Source of the DNA: Mactra antiquata
Lineage: Eukaryota
DNA length: 64,000 nt
Reading direction: 5' to 3'
NCBI GenBank assembly: GCA_047288015.1
Contig: CM103820.1
Span: forward strand, 86,515-150,514
Part shown: positions 47,075 to 59,384 of the stretch, piece after piece
Layout of the letters: every line of letters starts with the position of its first letter
Numbering within the stretch: the first letter of the stretch is position 1
Translations under genes and position numbers: made by a program
The notes under the pieces: model-generated
What the model saw: the letters and a program-made list of their open reading frames with translations, nothing else
Database searches by the model: none
What the model was told of the DNA's origin: nothing

Positions 47075-47395
47075 CGCCCGGCTAGCTCAGTCAGTAGCAC
47101 GCAAGTCTACTGGTTGAGGGGTCTAGGGTTCAATTCCCTAGGCGGGGCATGCTTTTGTGAAGCTTGGTCATGAAATAATTTCTACGGCCATTCTCCCTCC
47201 TACCACTGATTCTAAATCATGTAGGGCAGTTGTCAGTCACTGACGGAAGTATGTGCCTAGTAACTGGTTAACAGCTAAATCCAGAGATTTTGCCTTTCCA
47301 AGAACGGTGAGTAGGTTGACTGACCGCCGTGATATGACCTATACATTGTGTTGCTACGGTGTTAAACCCAAACAAAAACAAAACAATTGAATATA
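47075..47395 (+). mobile_element. tRNA-derived SINE family S1, full-length (MVP intron 13)
   Basis: Head gcccggctagctcagtcagtagcacgcaagtctactggttgaggggtctagggttcaattcc, followed by the body, ending ...gttgctacggtgttaaacccaaacaaaaac. Confidence 0.85.
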
Positions 47396-47463
47396 TTGTC
47401 ATGCGTTATCTCATCAAAATGATCCTTCCTACTACAGTCAACACTTGATTACAACCAATGTAT

Positions 47464-47585
47464 GACAGTCTACGGCCCTGTTTTACTGACAGTCTACGGC
47501 CCCGTTTTACTGACAGTCTAGGGCCCTGTTTTACTGACAGTCTACGGCCCCGTTTTACTGACAGTCTAGGGCCCTGTTTTACAAA
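47464..47585 (+). repeat. 24-bp tandem repeat x5 (gtctacggcccygttttactgaca)
   Basis: Direct reading of the sequence. Confidence 0.9.
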
Positions 47586-47639
47586 ACTGCTCAAACTGAG
47601 ATTCACATTTTTTATTTTTCAACATGTAATAAATTTAAA

Positions 47640-47885
47640 AAAAGTAAATAATCTTTCAGTCTTGTCATTTAATAGACTTTACCCGGAATTCAAATGTTTG
47701 GGGTTTTCCCTCCGGTACAAACAAACTTTTATCTTTACAATGAAAATATGTGTACAGAGAGCAAAATAAGTTAATCTGTGTTTCGTGCTTTTCAGCAATA
47801 ATGTGTAGAAAAATTTGTTTGTACTGTCCGTGCATGGACGGAAAAACCCATAAATTTATATTCCGGATATAGTCTATTGTTAGCT
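47640..47885 (+). mobile_element. MITE family C (TIR aatagact.t.yccggaat..aaat), copy 1
   Basis: The ends ..aatagactttacccggaattcaaatgtttgggg and cccataaatttatattccggatatagtctatt are inverted complements. Further copies lie at 60905-61115, 62810-63050 and a fragment at 33585-33645. Confidence 0.7.
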
Positions 47886-48094
47886 TGTTTGTTTACAGTT
47901 GTGTGTAATTCAATTTGAATAGATTTTTTCTGTGTTATATTTCTACCAGTATTTCTTATTAAAAATTTGCTATTGAGACAAAACTAAATTTTAGAAGTTT
48001 TGTGAAATGGAGCCCTGTTTTTGACTGTTGTTTTGTGTATAATACCTTACTATAATTGACCTAAGCAATGTTTATTGTTATTGTTAATGTACAG

Positions 48095-48173
48095 AAATGG
48101 TGGTGGTACAGGGTCAGGTGATATTAGAAAGATAGCATATTTTGAACAATCTGTCGATCCTCAATTCCTCAAG
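48095..48173 (+). CDS. MVP: MVP exon 14
   Basis: Encodes NGGGTGSGDIRKIAYFEQSVDPQFLK, a divergent linker. The phase and flanking gtaagt donor are consistent. Confidence 0.75.
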
Positions 48174-48737
48174 GTAAGTTGTACAAATACAATAATTATA
48201 TCTGGTATGCCTATTTCCTATTGATTAGTGGTTTTCATATTGATTTCTTGGGTCTTGAATGATGCTGTTGACATTTTGTGTCCAGCGAATTTCATCGATT
48301 TTAGACTTTATGTAATCAAAGATCAATTCATCTTCCAATTATGCAAAAACAACAATTAGATACCTTATTTCTTTACAAATATAGATCATAAGGCATATGC
48401 TAAATTAGTGCATAAGAACCACATAAAATAAGAAAATTAGCGTACTGCAGGTTTTGTACATTTCTTTGACTAGCTTATATTCCATATTTGAATTTTTTGT
48501 TTGAGATGCAAACACACTTTATGTAAAGCTGTTTATTTAATTCACTGAAATGAATAGTTGTTAAATAGTCTCTGTTCTCTGTTTAGTTGCTTGCATGTTA
48601 CAGAGTAATGTCTCCTATATTATTCTTCAGTATTTAATCTATACAGTAGAACCTCCCCAAACGGGACGAGCTTGGGACCAGACCATTTGTCGGGTTTGGA
48701 GAGGTATCCAGTTTGGAGAGCTATTGTATGATATTAC

Positions 48738-49000
48738 CCGCCCGGCTAGCTCAGTCGGTAGCGCGCAAGTCTACTGATCGAGGGGTCATGGGTTCGATCC
48801 CCTAGGCACGGGTCATTCTCCCTCCTACCACTGATTCTAAATCATGTAGGGCAGTTGTCAGTCACTGACAGAAGTATGCGCCTAGTAACTGGTTAACAGC
48901 TAAATCCAGAGATTTAGCCTTTCCAGGAACGGTGAGTAGGTTGACTGACCGCCGTGATATGACCTATACAATGTGTTGATACGGCGTTAAACCCAAAACA
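48738..49000 (+). mobile_element. tRNA-derived SINE family S1 with a roughly 35-bp internal deletion
   Basis: Aligns to 47075-47395 except that it lacks tttgtgaagcttggtcatgaaataatttctacggc. Confidence 0.85.
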
Positions 49001-49810
49001 ATCAACAAACAATCAAACGATGTATGATGTTTTATTTATACAATCTACACAAGGCTCTGGTTGCACATTGTGGCAGAATACATCTATTGTACATTCTGTA
49101 GCTTCATTGTTATGCATAGTTGTGCAAGTTACTTCATCAAATAGCTGGCATAGAATGGCAAATTGTCAGTGTTAGCTATGGCCAGGTTTAATTTTTTTTG
49201 TGTTTTCTTGACGGAGCAGTAAATTTAAAATGGACCAGTTTTTCTACCTCTAAAAATTCTGACCAGTTTTTGGAGGTAGATTTACATTGAAATTGAAGAA
49301 AATTACTGTTAAAGTTGTCTGGTATCCGGAATTCAGAGGTAACCGGTTTGTAGGGGTAAAATATATAGGGAAGAAATGCAGACCAGACAATTTGTCCGGT
49401 TTGGAGAGGGATCTGGTTTTGGGAGGGACCCTTTTTGGAGGTTCTACTGTAGCCAGAGCCCTATCATGATGGTAAAAGTTTGGTAAACTGTAAAATATTA
49501 TCATACATGTAAACCTGAATAATTTGCAAAACAAGCGTATAATTGAATTCTTCCAATGAAGTCAATGCAGAGGAACATTGATTTATTTTGTGTTAACACA
49601 ATCATGAAAAAGTCTTTAGCAAAATAAACCAACAATTACTCTATACTTCGCAACACACAAAATGAAGTAAAATTATTTACATTAAAACATTATCTGTGAT
49701 GAATTTTGACTTTCATATTTTATTGCAGATTTAATGTTGGTAGAATTTGTTCTATGTTCGTGTAGAGAAAAAATCATATGAAGAGTTTATAATTTCATGT
49801 TTTTTTATAG

Positions 49811-49964
49811 GGTCGTAATAAGACTAGAGTAGTAACCTACAGATGTCCAGGTAATACAGCGGTACAAGTTAATGATTATCTAGATAAAACAGCCAGAGTT
49901 GTATTTGGTCCAGATCTCGCTATACTTGGTCCTCATGAAAATTTCAGTGTACTCAGTTTAAGTG
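49811..49964 (+). CDS. MVP: MVP exon 15
   Basis: Encodes [51 protein letters not shown], matching human [51 protein letters not shown]. Confidence 0.93.
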
Positions 49965-50619
49965 GTAAGTTCCAGTTGATTATGAAATATGGTATTTTAG
50001 TTTTTGAATTGTTTAAAGTGATGAATAGATTTGATTGGTTGCTCAAGTTTATGGGGTTTTCCACCCAATTGTGCTGTGTACAAAGTTTTTTACACTACAT
50101 TGCTGAAAATTGTGTTACATAGATTCAAAACTACTGTTATTTGTACACAATTATTATTCATAGTAACGGTAAAAGTTTGTTTGTATGTTGTGGTAAACCC
50201 AATCTGATTAAAACCCGATCTAAAATTCTCCGCTCGCTTATTCGCTTATTTTACATCTGACAAGCTCGCAGTACGGGTCACGTTCAGTTGACCTTTACTT
50301 TCATATAATATTCATGACGTAATTTGCAACAACTCGCCAATTACAGCCCAAATAGCAAATTACGTTATGCCGACGTCATGAGAGAAATAACACACTTCGC
50401 CAAAATAGTTTGAAAAATTGATCTAAAAATAGAAATTACGACATCGGGATGCTATTAATAGTGTTTCGTCTAGACGAAAGCTATGCATTGATTGGTCAAC
50501 CCAAGGTCATCTGAATGTGATCCCCTGTGCAATGTCGAGAGATCCTATAACAGTAGTTTTATGATATCTGTTTACGGAGATTGTGGTAAACCCTATATTT
50601 CACATGCTGATTTCTGAAT

Positions 50620-51050
50620 ATAGTTTGTTGAAAGTTATGTAAGTTCATGAGTTACTTTAAGTATTTGTCATATGTAAGTTCATGAGTTACTTTAAGTATT
50701 TGTCATATGTAAGTTTATGAGTTACTTTAAGTATTTGTCATATGTAAGTTCATGAGTTACTTTAAGTATTTGTCATATGTAAGTTCATGAGTTACTTTAA
50801 GTATTTGTCATATGTAAGTTCATGAGTTACTTTAAGTATTTGTCATATGTAAGTTCATGAGTTACTTTAAGTATTTGTCATATGTAAGTTTATGAGTTAC
50901 TTTAAGTATTTGTCATATGTAAGTTCATGAGTTACTTTAAGTATTTGTCATATGTAAGTTCATGAGTTACTTTAAGTATTTGTCATATGTAAGTTCATGA
51001 GTTACTTTAAGTATTTGTCATATGTAAGTTCATGAGTTACTTTAAGTATT
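50620..51050 (+). repeat. 42-bp tandem repeat x10 (MVP intron 15)
   Basis: Unit tatgtaagttcatgagttactttaagtatttgtca. Confidence 0.9.
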
Positions 51051-51236
51051 TGTCATATTTATATTTCAATTTCAGTTTCTTTATTGTGTTATTCAAGGCC
51101 TCCAACCCATTCACAAAAACATATATACAATTACAAAAGTGTACATTATAGAAAGTGTTATACCTTTTAGGTGGTGGCTGTCTGTGGTTTAGCTTTTCAA
51201 CAAGTTGCCTAATAAATAGTTTTTATTTTACTTCAG

Positions 51237-51316
51237 CTGGTAAACCTAAGAAACCAGATGCCATGAAATCATTATGTTTAATGTTGGGACCAGATTTTAT
51301 TTCTGATGAATTAGAG
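51237..51316 (+). CDS. MVP: MVP exon 16
   Basis: Encodes (A)GKPKKPDAMKSLCLMLGPDFISDELE, matching human [27 protein letters not shown]. Confidence 0.92.
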
Positions 51317-51949
51317 GTAATATACCTTCAATATACTCTCCAGAAACAGTCAGACCTTTAGACATGTCAGGCAAATTTTAGTCAGGAGCAACAACATTAA
51401 TGAGATTGCTGGACTTGATGTCCAGCATGTTTTAGACCAAATTTGTACATGTTTACTTTTTTTGGCCTGACATTGAAATGTTATGGTTGATCTGACCAAA
51501 TGTGAGACTTACAATCTCTCAGTCTTGCAGTATCTGCTACAATATATGTATATTGCATTTCTGGTATTTTAAGGAACTGTTATCAAGTTTTCAGTCATAC
51601 CTTGGTGACTGGTTTGCTTAAATGGACTTTCTGAATGTCATTTCAATCGGTACCAACTTAACTTACTTGTACAGCCAGCAACACTGTCTTGTCCCTAGGA
51701 CCAAACTGCCTTCATACAATGTGGTGTACGGTAGAAATAAGTACTATGATTGAACTTGTAATTTTCAAATGAAAATATGATAAAGAAATTGTATTTTGTC
51801 TAAATGGAAAGTTACACATTTACTTTGTATTTTTGCACATTAATTTACTTAATAGACTGAGAGGTCAATTTATGTTCAATTTGAAAAATACCAAATGCTA
51901 CAATATAAACATATTCTAAGCTCCATTGTGTAACAATGTATTACAACTT

Positions 51950-52320
51950 GGTAAACCACTCTCTAGTTCACTTCCTGGGCCTCCAGTACTATACAGGCAG
52001 GATCAAGTTGCTTGCTGTAGGAATCAATGCTATTACAGCATGGTATACCACTCTCTAGTCCACTTCCTGGGCCTCCAGTACTATACAGGCAGGATCAAGT
52101 TGCTTCCTGTAGGAATCAATGCTATACAAGCATGGTATATAACTCTTTTGTCCACTTCCTGGGCCTCCAGTACTATAAAAGTAGGATCAAGTTGCTGCTG
52201 CAATGAAACAATGCTATTATAACATGATAAACCACTCTCTAGTCCACTTCCTGGGCCTCCAGTACTATACAGGTAGGATCAAGTTGTTTGCTAAAGGAAA
52301 CAATATTGTAGAGTTTTAAT
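51950..52320 (+). repeat. About 83-bp tandem repeat x4 (MVP intron 16)
   Basis: accactctctagtycacttcctgggcctccagtactatacaggcaggatcaagttgct... repeated. Confidence 0.85.
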
Positions 52321-52898
52321 GAGTTTTGAACCAACATGGATCTAGCTATCCAAAGATTACCATTCTTATGTCTTAATTGTTTGGCCATATCAGGTTCTAT
52401 ATCAAGCATACAAGGGTACTTTCATCAGGGGTGTATCCAGAATTTTTTCAAGGGGGACCAACTTTGAATAATTCCAAGGGAATCTAACATAAGACTAAAA
52501 CTTTGGACAATGTTTTGTTTTCATATTACACCAAAAATGTACCTGAAGAAGCCTTGTATGGTAAAACGTTGTATAAGTAAACAATAATAAAAGTATTATG
52601 TGTTGGTGGTATTTTTATCCAATATACCAAAAATGTAGGCATTTTTAGCAATTTTATCTCAAGTTTTGGGGGGTTCTAAGACAACATTCACAATTCTAGG
52701 GCGGAGCAAATCCCCCTGATCTCCCCGCTGGGTCCGCCTATGGTTATATCAGCCCATGGTTATATCAGCCTATGGTTATATCAAAGTATTTTGGTCCTTC
52801 TAGAATTATGTTTATTTATTGTTTCACCTAGTTTTATAAAGTATTGTATTACAGAAAACATATATATACCTTTACATATCAACAGTAATCAATTTCAG

Positions 52899-52958
52899 GT
52901 AGAGACATCAGATCATGCTAGACTTAGACTGAAAATTGCTTTCAACAATCATTTTGAG
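52899..52958 (+). CDS. MVP: MVP exon 17
   Basis: Encodes VETSDHARLRLKIAFNNHFE, matching human [20 protein letters not shown]. Confidence 0.92.
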
Positions 52959-53049
52959 GTATACATTATATTATATTATCTTAACATGTTAGATTATGTA
53001 TGGTTATGAAAATATTGCTTTTCTAAATACTGCATTCAAATTTCATTAA

Positions 53050-53270
53050 CAGATTAGGTCACCAACTTCAAATCACTTCAACTTCTCACTGGTAGAAGGT
53101 TGTGGGTTCAAGTCCAGCCCCGTCCACAAATTATTATGTGAGAAAGTAGGCAGTTGCTTGTTAAGAATGGAAGTCTAGTACTAGTGAATCCCAGGAAATA
53201 AATGGGTTAGGTGACTTGTCGACCCCACATGACTCTGATTGGTGAAAAGAAGCGCAAAACAAAAGTACCA
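53050..53270 (+). mobile_element. SINE family S2 (MVP intron 17)
   Basis: Matches 43040-43290. Confidence 0.65.
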
Positions 53271-53751
53271 ATCTTTAATAGATGATTTGAAATACAGTAT
53301 GCAAGCATTAGTTTGTTGGACTTTGAGGAGGGAAATCATTAGGAACTCCTCTGTCTTATAGCTAATACTAAATTTAGGAGGGTAACCAGCAAGAAGTAAT
53401 TGAGTGGTGACTATTTTATTTTAAAGATTTGACTTTCATTATGCAGCATGTTAGACAGAAAACAGAACTTGACGTTGATTTACATATTATAGTATATTTC
53501 GGCAACCATTTGAACTGCATTAAGTATGTATCTTCGATGAACATGTGTATTAAAGAAGTTAATACACAGCACAGTTGAGCCAGAAGTTCATAATCAGCCC
53601 AGTACGAATAATAGTCTTGAGCTAAAGCTCTTATGGCATTATTTATACTAGTGAGCTGATTGTCGTTATTGGCACGATATATAAAAGCACATGCTTTAGC
53701 TGTGTATTAAATTTGTACAGGTATATAAAGTAAAATCTTGTTATTTTACAG

Positions 53752-53830
53752 TATGAAAAAGGTAATACAGAAAGTGAAGCGAAGGTGTTTGCTGTACCAG
53801 ACTTTATTGGATTCGCTTCACGTCAAGTTG
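53752..53830 (+). CDS. MVP: MVP exon 18
   Basis: Encodes YEKGNTESEAKVFAVPDFIGFASRQV, matching human [31 protein letters not shown]. Confidence 0.9.
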
Positions 53831-53989
53831 GTAAGTAACAATGTTATTATACAAATATCACATGGCAATGTTAGTAATATTACATAATGGCAACCTATGT
53901 CTGGTAATGTCTAGATAGACACTAGCCTTGGGAAACATTAGTTTTAGAGTTACAAATTGTGTGTTATTCTATTATACCGAATGTAACAG

Positions 53990-54235
53990 AGTGGCGGCCG
54001 TGACACAGTTGTAGAGTGCAGGATCTTGAATCTGGAGGTTTCAGGTTTGATAACTGGTCATGTCAGGACATACCTATCCATGAAAATTGATGGAGAAGTT
54101 GTTGATTCCTTAAGGAAGGGTAAGCAGTACTGCTGAAAGAAAATCGTCCTGGAAATGCTATAGTAAGGTGAGCTGGCTGCCATTCATAACCTTAAAATGT
54201 GTTGATAAATGGGTGTTAAATCCAATAAAGAAAAA
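53990..54235 (+). mobile_element. SINE family S3 (MVP intron 18)
   Basis: Matches 44335-44560. Confidence 0.7.
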
Positions 54236-54511
54236 TACGAGACATAGCAGTAAAATGGAAATAATAAAAAATGCATGCATCAGAAACAGTAAAAATATAA
54301 TTTCATATCTATAAATGTTGTTTTTGGATTTTTACTATACAATTTCTATTGTTAGAGGTGAACTAAGTTATGCAAACATCATCCATTGTAATTTTCTGCA
54401 GTATATAAAAACTGCATAAAAATATTGATACAATAAACTTGTAATGTTGTTTTGAATTAACATGGCTTTTTTATAGAATAATTGGTATTGTCTATTTGTC
54501 AACTATTATAG

Positions 54512-54654
54512 GGAGTAAGATTAGAGCAGCAGTTGCTCTGGTACCATTTGATGAATTTCATCGTCATTCAGCACAAGTGATACAACATGCTGTGTTCAAA
54601 GATACAACAACAGGCTCCATGCTTGATTATCTGAAATTTGAAGCTAATAATTTG
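54512..54654 (+). CDS. MVP: MVP exon 19
   Basis: Encodes (G)SKIRAAVALVPFDEFHRHSAQVIQHAVFKDTTTGSMLDYLKFEANNL, matching human [27 protein letters not shown]...VFPQNGL. Confidence 0.9.
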
Positions 54655-55089
54655 GTAATTATTTGTTTAACTTTATCTACAATGTATGATTTCAGTAACT
54701 AAAACTAAAGTCTGTTTTCCAGTCTGCTCTGGATTTAGCTCTTGGGAATTTTACTCAATACAAGGTGTGGCTCAGCCTCATTAACTATGTTTACATGAAA
54801 ATAAAAGGTTTTAAGTGAAATAGTGCACAAAATGGTTTAAGATATGAATAGAAAAGACAGATGTAAAATAAGCGAGTACGCGAGAGGAGAATTTCAGATC
54901 AGGTTTAATCAGATTGGGTTTATGATACCTTAATTAGACTACAGAATACACAATTAGACTTACTAGTAAAATCTTTTACTGAAACAGATACTTGGACACT
55001 AGAAACATCATATATCATGTAGTTTAAACAAATTTATTAATATGACTTTTGATGATACTGAATCAACCCAAGGATAGTATCTCATATAA

Positions 55090-55115
55090 TAATAATAATA
55101 ATAATAATAACTTTA
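55090..55115. repeat. (TAA)n microsatellite at the LINE 3' end
   Basis: aataataataataataataataa. Confidence 0.9.
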
Positions 55116-55610
55116 TTTAATGAGGCAACTCAGTTGGGCAAGCCCAGTCTTCCCTGAGAGCCTCCACAATATTTACAAAGGAAAAGACAGTATAATATAG
55201 TAATGAAATTGAAAAAAAAAATGAGCAAATGTCATGAAAAATTAGACAAAGAAAAAAAATCATGTGCTTAAAGTATTCCCACCAGAGTAGAACCAAGTTA
55301 AATATGTTTTTTAAAAGAATGGAGGCTATTTGATTGGCGTACATGGAATGGTATATTATTCCAGATTTTTGGTCCAGAATATGCTAGAGATTTTCTGCAG
55401 AATTCTAATCTGGGTTTAGGAATGTTTAGAAAGTTATTTGAATAAGATCTTAATGTTGTATTTGTTGTTGTTTGAAAGATGTTAGACATATAATCAGGAA
55501 ATATATTAATCATAGATTTGTATACAAAAATTGCCTTTTTGAATGGAATGCGATCTTGAATTTTCATCCATATCATGTGATCATTATTTCTATTTTTAGG
55601 TTGTAACATC
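55100..55610 (-). mobile_element. LINE ORF2 3'-terminal fragment (RT C-terminal tail) with a microsatellite tail, MVP intron 19
   Basis: The minus-strand ORF ends ...LNIPKPRLEFCRKSLAYSGPKIWNNIPFHVRQSNSLHSFKKHI. This is the widespread LINE ORF2 C-terminal motif (..FsYsgPklWN.LP..iR...S...FK..lK) that is followed by a simple-repeat tail. Confidence 0.55.
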
Positions 55611-55700
55611 TATAGATATACAAAGTATTGAACCTGTAGATAGAAAGATGAGTGATAGTTTAACAAAGTCTATACAGTTAGCCATTGAAATCTCCACTAA
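55600..55700 (+). CDS. MVP: MVP exon 20
   Basis: Encodes [33 protein letters not shown], matching human [33 protein letters not shown]. Confidence 0.92.
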
Positions 55701-55724
55701 GTATGTTGTACTTTCTTTTTATGG

Positions 55725-55965
55725 TTAGCTCAGCAGGTAGTTTATTTCACTGTCAATCCAATGGTTGTGGGTTTAATTCCCAGGCAAGACCTATATACTT
55801 TCATGGAGTTTGGTCATAAAGTACTTTTTACTGCCATTTTTCCTTCTACTGCTGTAGCAAGTAGGACAGCTGTTAGCCTTTGATGAAGGCATGTGCTTAG
55901 TAATGAATGAATGGTCTACAGATCTACGCGTCTCCAAGTTAATTGACTGGCTACTGTGATATAAC
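55725..55965 (+). mobile_element. Divergent tRNA-derived SINE (MVP intron 20)
   Basis: Head ggttagctcagcaggtag...ggttgtgggtttaattccc followed by a body resembling the 40405 type (..gcatgtgcttagtaatg..). Confidence 0.55.
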
Positions 55966-56214
55966 AGAAACATTATCAGAAAAGTGGTGTAAGGCACCAC
56001 AAAGACAATAAACCAAACCTGACCAAACCCCTTTTTAACTAATTCTGTACAGTTAGCTACAATGTCATCATACTTGCAATAATTGCAAATTCATTAAAAT
56101 AATGTTATATTTTATTGATGGCATATTTATAAGTTAAAAGAAGCTTTATTTAACATCGCATATAATCAACAAATAACATTAGCTATATAGCTATTGTGCG
56201 ACAAACAAGGTATC

Positions 56215-56400
56215 CACTAACAGATACTTACCTGGCTGCTTTACTCTATCTTCCTAGTACTACCCTTTTAATGCTGAGCGCCGAGCAAGGGAGCTGCTAG
56301 TACCATTTTTATCGTCTTTGGTATGACGCAGCCAGGAATCGAACCCCCGACCTTCCACACCTGAAGCGGACGCTCTACCACTAGGCTATCAGGGTGGTAT
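56215..56400 (-). mobile_element. SINE family S4, minus orientation, with a tRNA-like 3' part
   Basis: The reverse complement of 56330-56400 reads ccaccctgatagcctagtggtagagcgtccgcttcaggtgtggaaggtcgggggttcgattcctggctgcgtcatacc. The same family is interrupted by a MITE at 38985-39495. Confidence 0.6.
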
Positions 56401-56884
56401 AAAACTGAGATTTTCTTAACTTACATTTTCATAATCAATTGTATATTTGCATGTTTACATATAGTAAACTGTGGTCAAATATTATGTACATATAATATGC
56501 ATAAATATGATATAAATATCATAACACAGTGAGAATGACATTGATCTTTTCACCCCCTGAAACAGAATGTCAAGATAGGCAATAGTTGATAGTATTTACC
56601 ATTAAGGTAAAATCAAGGAACACTTGTATACTGAACTGTGTTAAGATAAGATAAGATAAGATAAGATAAGATAAATTTTATTTTAAGTCGGCAAGACATA
56701 TAACAAATAACGTAAGCTCATGAGAGCTTATACAACCGACTAACATAAAACTAATCTAAAGAACAAATTAAATAAAATGACAAGATACAATTATTATAAA
56801 ATGTATGATTGATGTAGACAAAATAAAACAAACAAGATAAAAATGAAACATGGACATCCAATAAATAAATAGATAAATAAATAA

Positions 56885-57040
56885 GTAAATTAATTAATTA
56901 ATCAACCAACCGACCGACTGACCGACCAACCAACCAACCAACCAACCAACCGACCGACTGACCAACCAACCAACCAACCCACTGACCGACCAACCAACCA
57001 ACCAACCAACCAACCAACCAACTAACCAATTGATCAATTA
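56885..57040 (+). repeat. (CCAA)n/(CCGA)n compound microsatellite
   Basis: Direct reading of the sequence. Confidence 0.9.
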
Positions 57041-57170
57041 TTGAATGAATCAATCAATAAACTTAATAAACAGATAGATGGATAGATAAATAAATAAAAA
57101 TATATTAAAAATATGACGAAGCTGCTGATCTTTATTATTATTGTTATTATTGTTATTATTGTTATTTTAG

Positions 57171-57397
57171 TTCAGTAGAGGCAGCAGCTCAACATGAAGC
57201 AATGAGAAATGAACAGGAAGCCAAAGGTTATCTAGAACGACAAATGTTGACCAATGAGAAAGAATCAGAGAAAGAAAGATGTAAATTGGTAGAGTTGAAA
57301 GCTATTACAGCGGCTGTTGAATCAACAGGTCAGGCTAAAGCTGAAGCTCAGGCCCAGGCTGAAAGAGTTATAATAGAATGTGAGAGTGAAATAGAAG
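57171..57397 (+). CDS. MVP: MVP exon 21 (cap-helix region)
   Basis: Encodes (N)SVEAAAQHEAMRNEQEAKGYLERQMLTNEKESEKERCKLVELKAITAAVESTGQAKAEAQAQAERVIIECESEIE, matching human [73 protein letters not shown]. Confidence 0.92.
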
Positions 57398-57659
57398 GTA
57401 TAGTTAAGAAATAAAGACATAGTTTTAGTCTATAAAAACACATTTATGGGGTGCTTGTCATACCAGTGTTCTGTATTTTGATGCTTTTTACGGCACATGG
57501 GTAGATTGGGTTAAGGCAGGAGGGTACGAAATTGAGTTATTGTGAGGTGTAAAAATTTTGGCTGGAAAAAAATCAGCTCTTATGTGATGTACAAAATGAA
57601 ACAAAATAGTTGAATTTGTTTGAATCCTGGTTGATTGGCAACTGTTTAATTTCCCCTTA

Positions 57660-58105
57660 ATAGGGTATGTAAGTCGTGTCATGTGGCCTCCGAGACTTTC
57701 TAACTTCCGGGTACAAACACAAGTTTAACGTCATGGCGCTTTTCATTAGATATTGGACTAAATATGTCGACGGACACGCAACGCTTACAATGAAGAGCGA
57801 GGCATCGGTGGAGATTGGTAGGGTGCTTCAATTTGTAATTGACGACACCAGAGTCATTTTAGCCGATATATCTTACTATTTTTAGAAACAAAATTTACCT
57901 ATACCTTCACAGATCGACCCATTTTTTCATTTACCTTGGATTAACAGGAAATCTAAACAAACTACAAGTCTGTGACCCACCAGTACGATGCGTATAGCCA
58001 AAAGCATAACAGTAAACCATTGTACAAATGAGCGTTCGCGTTTACTTTCACTTTCAATTTCCAACTTCTGGGTACATCAGTAACTGAGACTTACATACCC
58101 TATTA
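57660..58105. mobile_element. MITE family F (TIR tagggtatgtaagtc) flanked by TTAA/TA, MVP intron 21
   Basis: The sequence reads cccTTAAtagggtatgtaagtcgtg at the left end and cagtaactgagacttacataccctaTTAAct at the right end. Confidence 0.65.
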
Positions 58106-58937
58106 ACTATTGTCATAAAGCAGTGATGTAACTATAGTTGGGTCAGTTTATTTACCCAAGCCAGCCTAGTTCTGATATGTTGTTCATAAAATTAAAGTAT
58201 CATGGGTATAAATCTCTAATGTTATAATTACTTGTGTTACTACACAGCATTTTATAAATATATAGTAACTAAATGACATCTTGTACTGATTTATAAGTTT
58301 TCTGAAGTTATGATGTTATTGCCCAGTGATGGTGTTAAATCAAAGATTGCTGCACTATGGAACATAGGTTAACCTGCATTTCTTGTGTATAAAAGTGAAT
58401 GGAATTGATAAGATTAATTTATACAGTAAAGTTCCACTATTACAACCAGCAAAGTCAATTGTCTTAATAGCAAAACGGTCTTATTATAGGGACCCTTTTC
58501 TTCACAAATTAAGCATTTGGGTCTTAATAATTGTCATAAATTGCATGATTTTGAAATAACCAAGGTGGTCTTAATAGCGGGACTTTACTGTACAAATTGT
58601 GTGTTCACTCACATAGGCATGTGATAATTATTCTATTATACCGGATGTAACAGAGTGGTGGCCGTGACACAGTAGTAGAGTAGAACTTTACTGTAGTAAG
58701 CATTTATAAAAGTCCAGGGCATGTAAATAATTTAATTTAACATTTTTGTATTAAAAAGGTTAGAACACGATTTATACCGGCATGACATCAGTATTGTCAA
58801 CTTTGTCCATATTTGCCCTTGGGTCTGTTTGCCCCTTAAGCAGATATGATGTCATGCCCATGTAGTTTGTGCTTTAATCTCCATGGAAATGTATAAAATA
58901 TGCTGACATTACTATGTTTTGTAAATTTCTCTTACAG

Positions 58938-59002
58938 CTGCAAGGCTGAGGGCAAAGGCTTTAGAGATTGAACATTATGCTAAACTTGAAAGTCAAAATA
59001 TG
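58938..59002 (+). CDS. MVP: MVP exon 22
   Basis: Encodes (A)ARLRAKALEIEHYAKLESQNM. The phase links exons 21 and 23. Acceptor tctcttacag, donor gtaagt. Confidence 0.8.
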
Positions 59003-59104
59003 GTAAGTACATGTATTCTGAAAGTGAGTGAGAAAAGGAAATGAGAAATTGCTTCATACAAATCTTACTGATAAAAATATCATTTTAGATGTTACTGTTT
59101 TTGT

Positions 59105-59335
59105 CAACCATGGTCATGGACAGTTTGCAGGACTGTAAGATCAGGTGATCCAGGGTTCAATTTCTGAGCACATCAGGTCATATTATTGCATGAAAATTCC
59201 ACAATAATGTCTAATTTACTCAGTATAGGTAAAAGTTGTTCACTTGTTTTGGAATGGTAAGCAAGTACTGGTAAAGTAAAAAAGTCCAGGAAAGCTTGTA
59301 AGGTAAGTTCACCATCATAGATAACTAAAGATGTT
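59105..59335 (+). mobile_element. SINE family S3 (MVP intron 22)
   Basis: Matches 44335-44560 and 53990-54235. Confidence 0.65.
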
Positions 59336-59384
59336 GATGAATGAAAAACAATCCAAATAAATTAAACCCTGCATCAAGGGATCA

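Noticed and set aside
48738-48812. Candidate tRNA genes (several tRNA-like segments with gttcgatcc T-loops, for example 48738, 47075, 40405, 31855, 19340, 24245, 56330)
   Set aside because: Each is immediately followed by the conserved SINE body. The D and anticodon stems do not pair canonically, so no anticodon can be assigned. They are SINE heads, not tRNA genes. tRNAscan-SE would settle this.
54721-54762. A possible extra 42-nt MVP exon (SALDLALGNFTQYK) between exons 19 and 20, which would mimic the vertebrate insert
   Set aside because: Exons 19 and 20 already join in phase to give ...FEANNL|VVTSIDIQS..., collinear with human [15 protein letters not shown]. The candidate peptide has no similarity to MVP. 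It is probably a chance AG...GT open segment.
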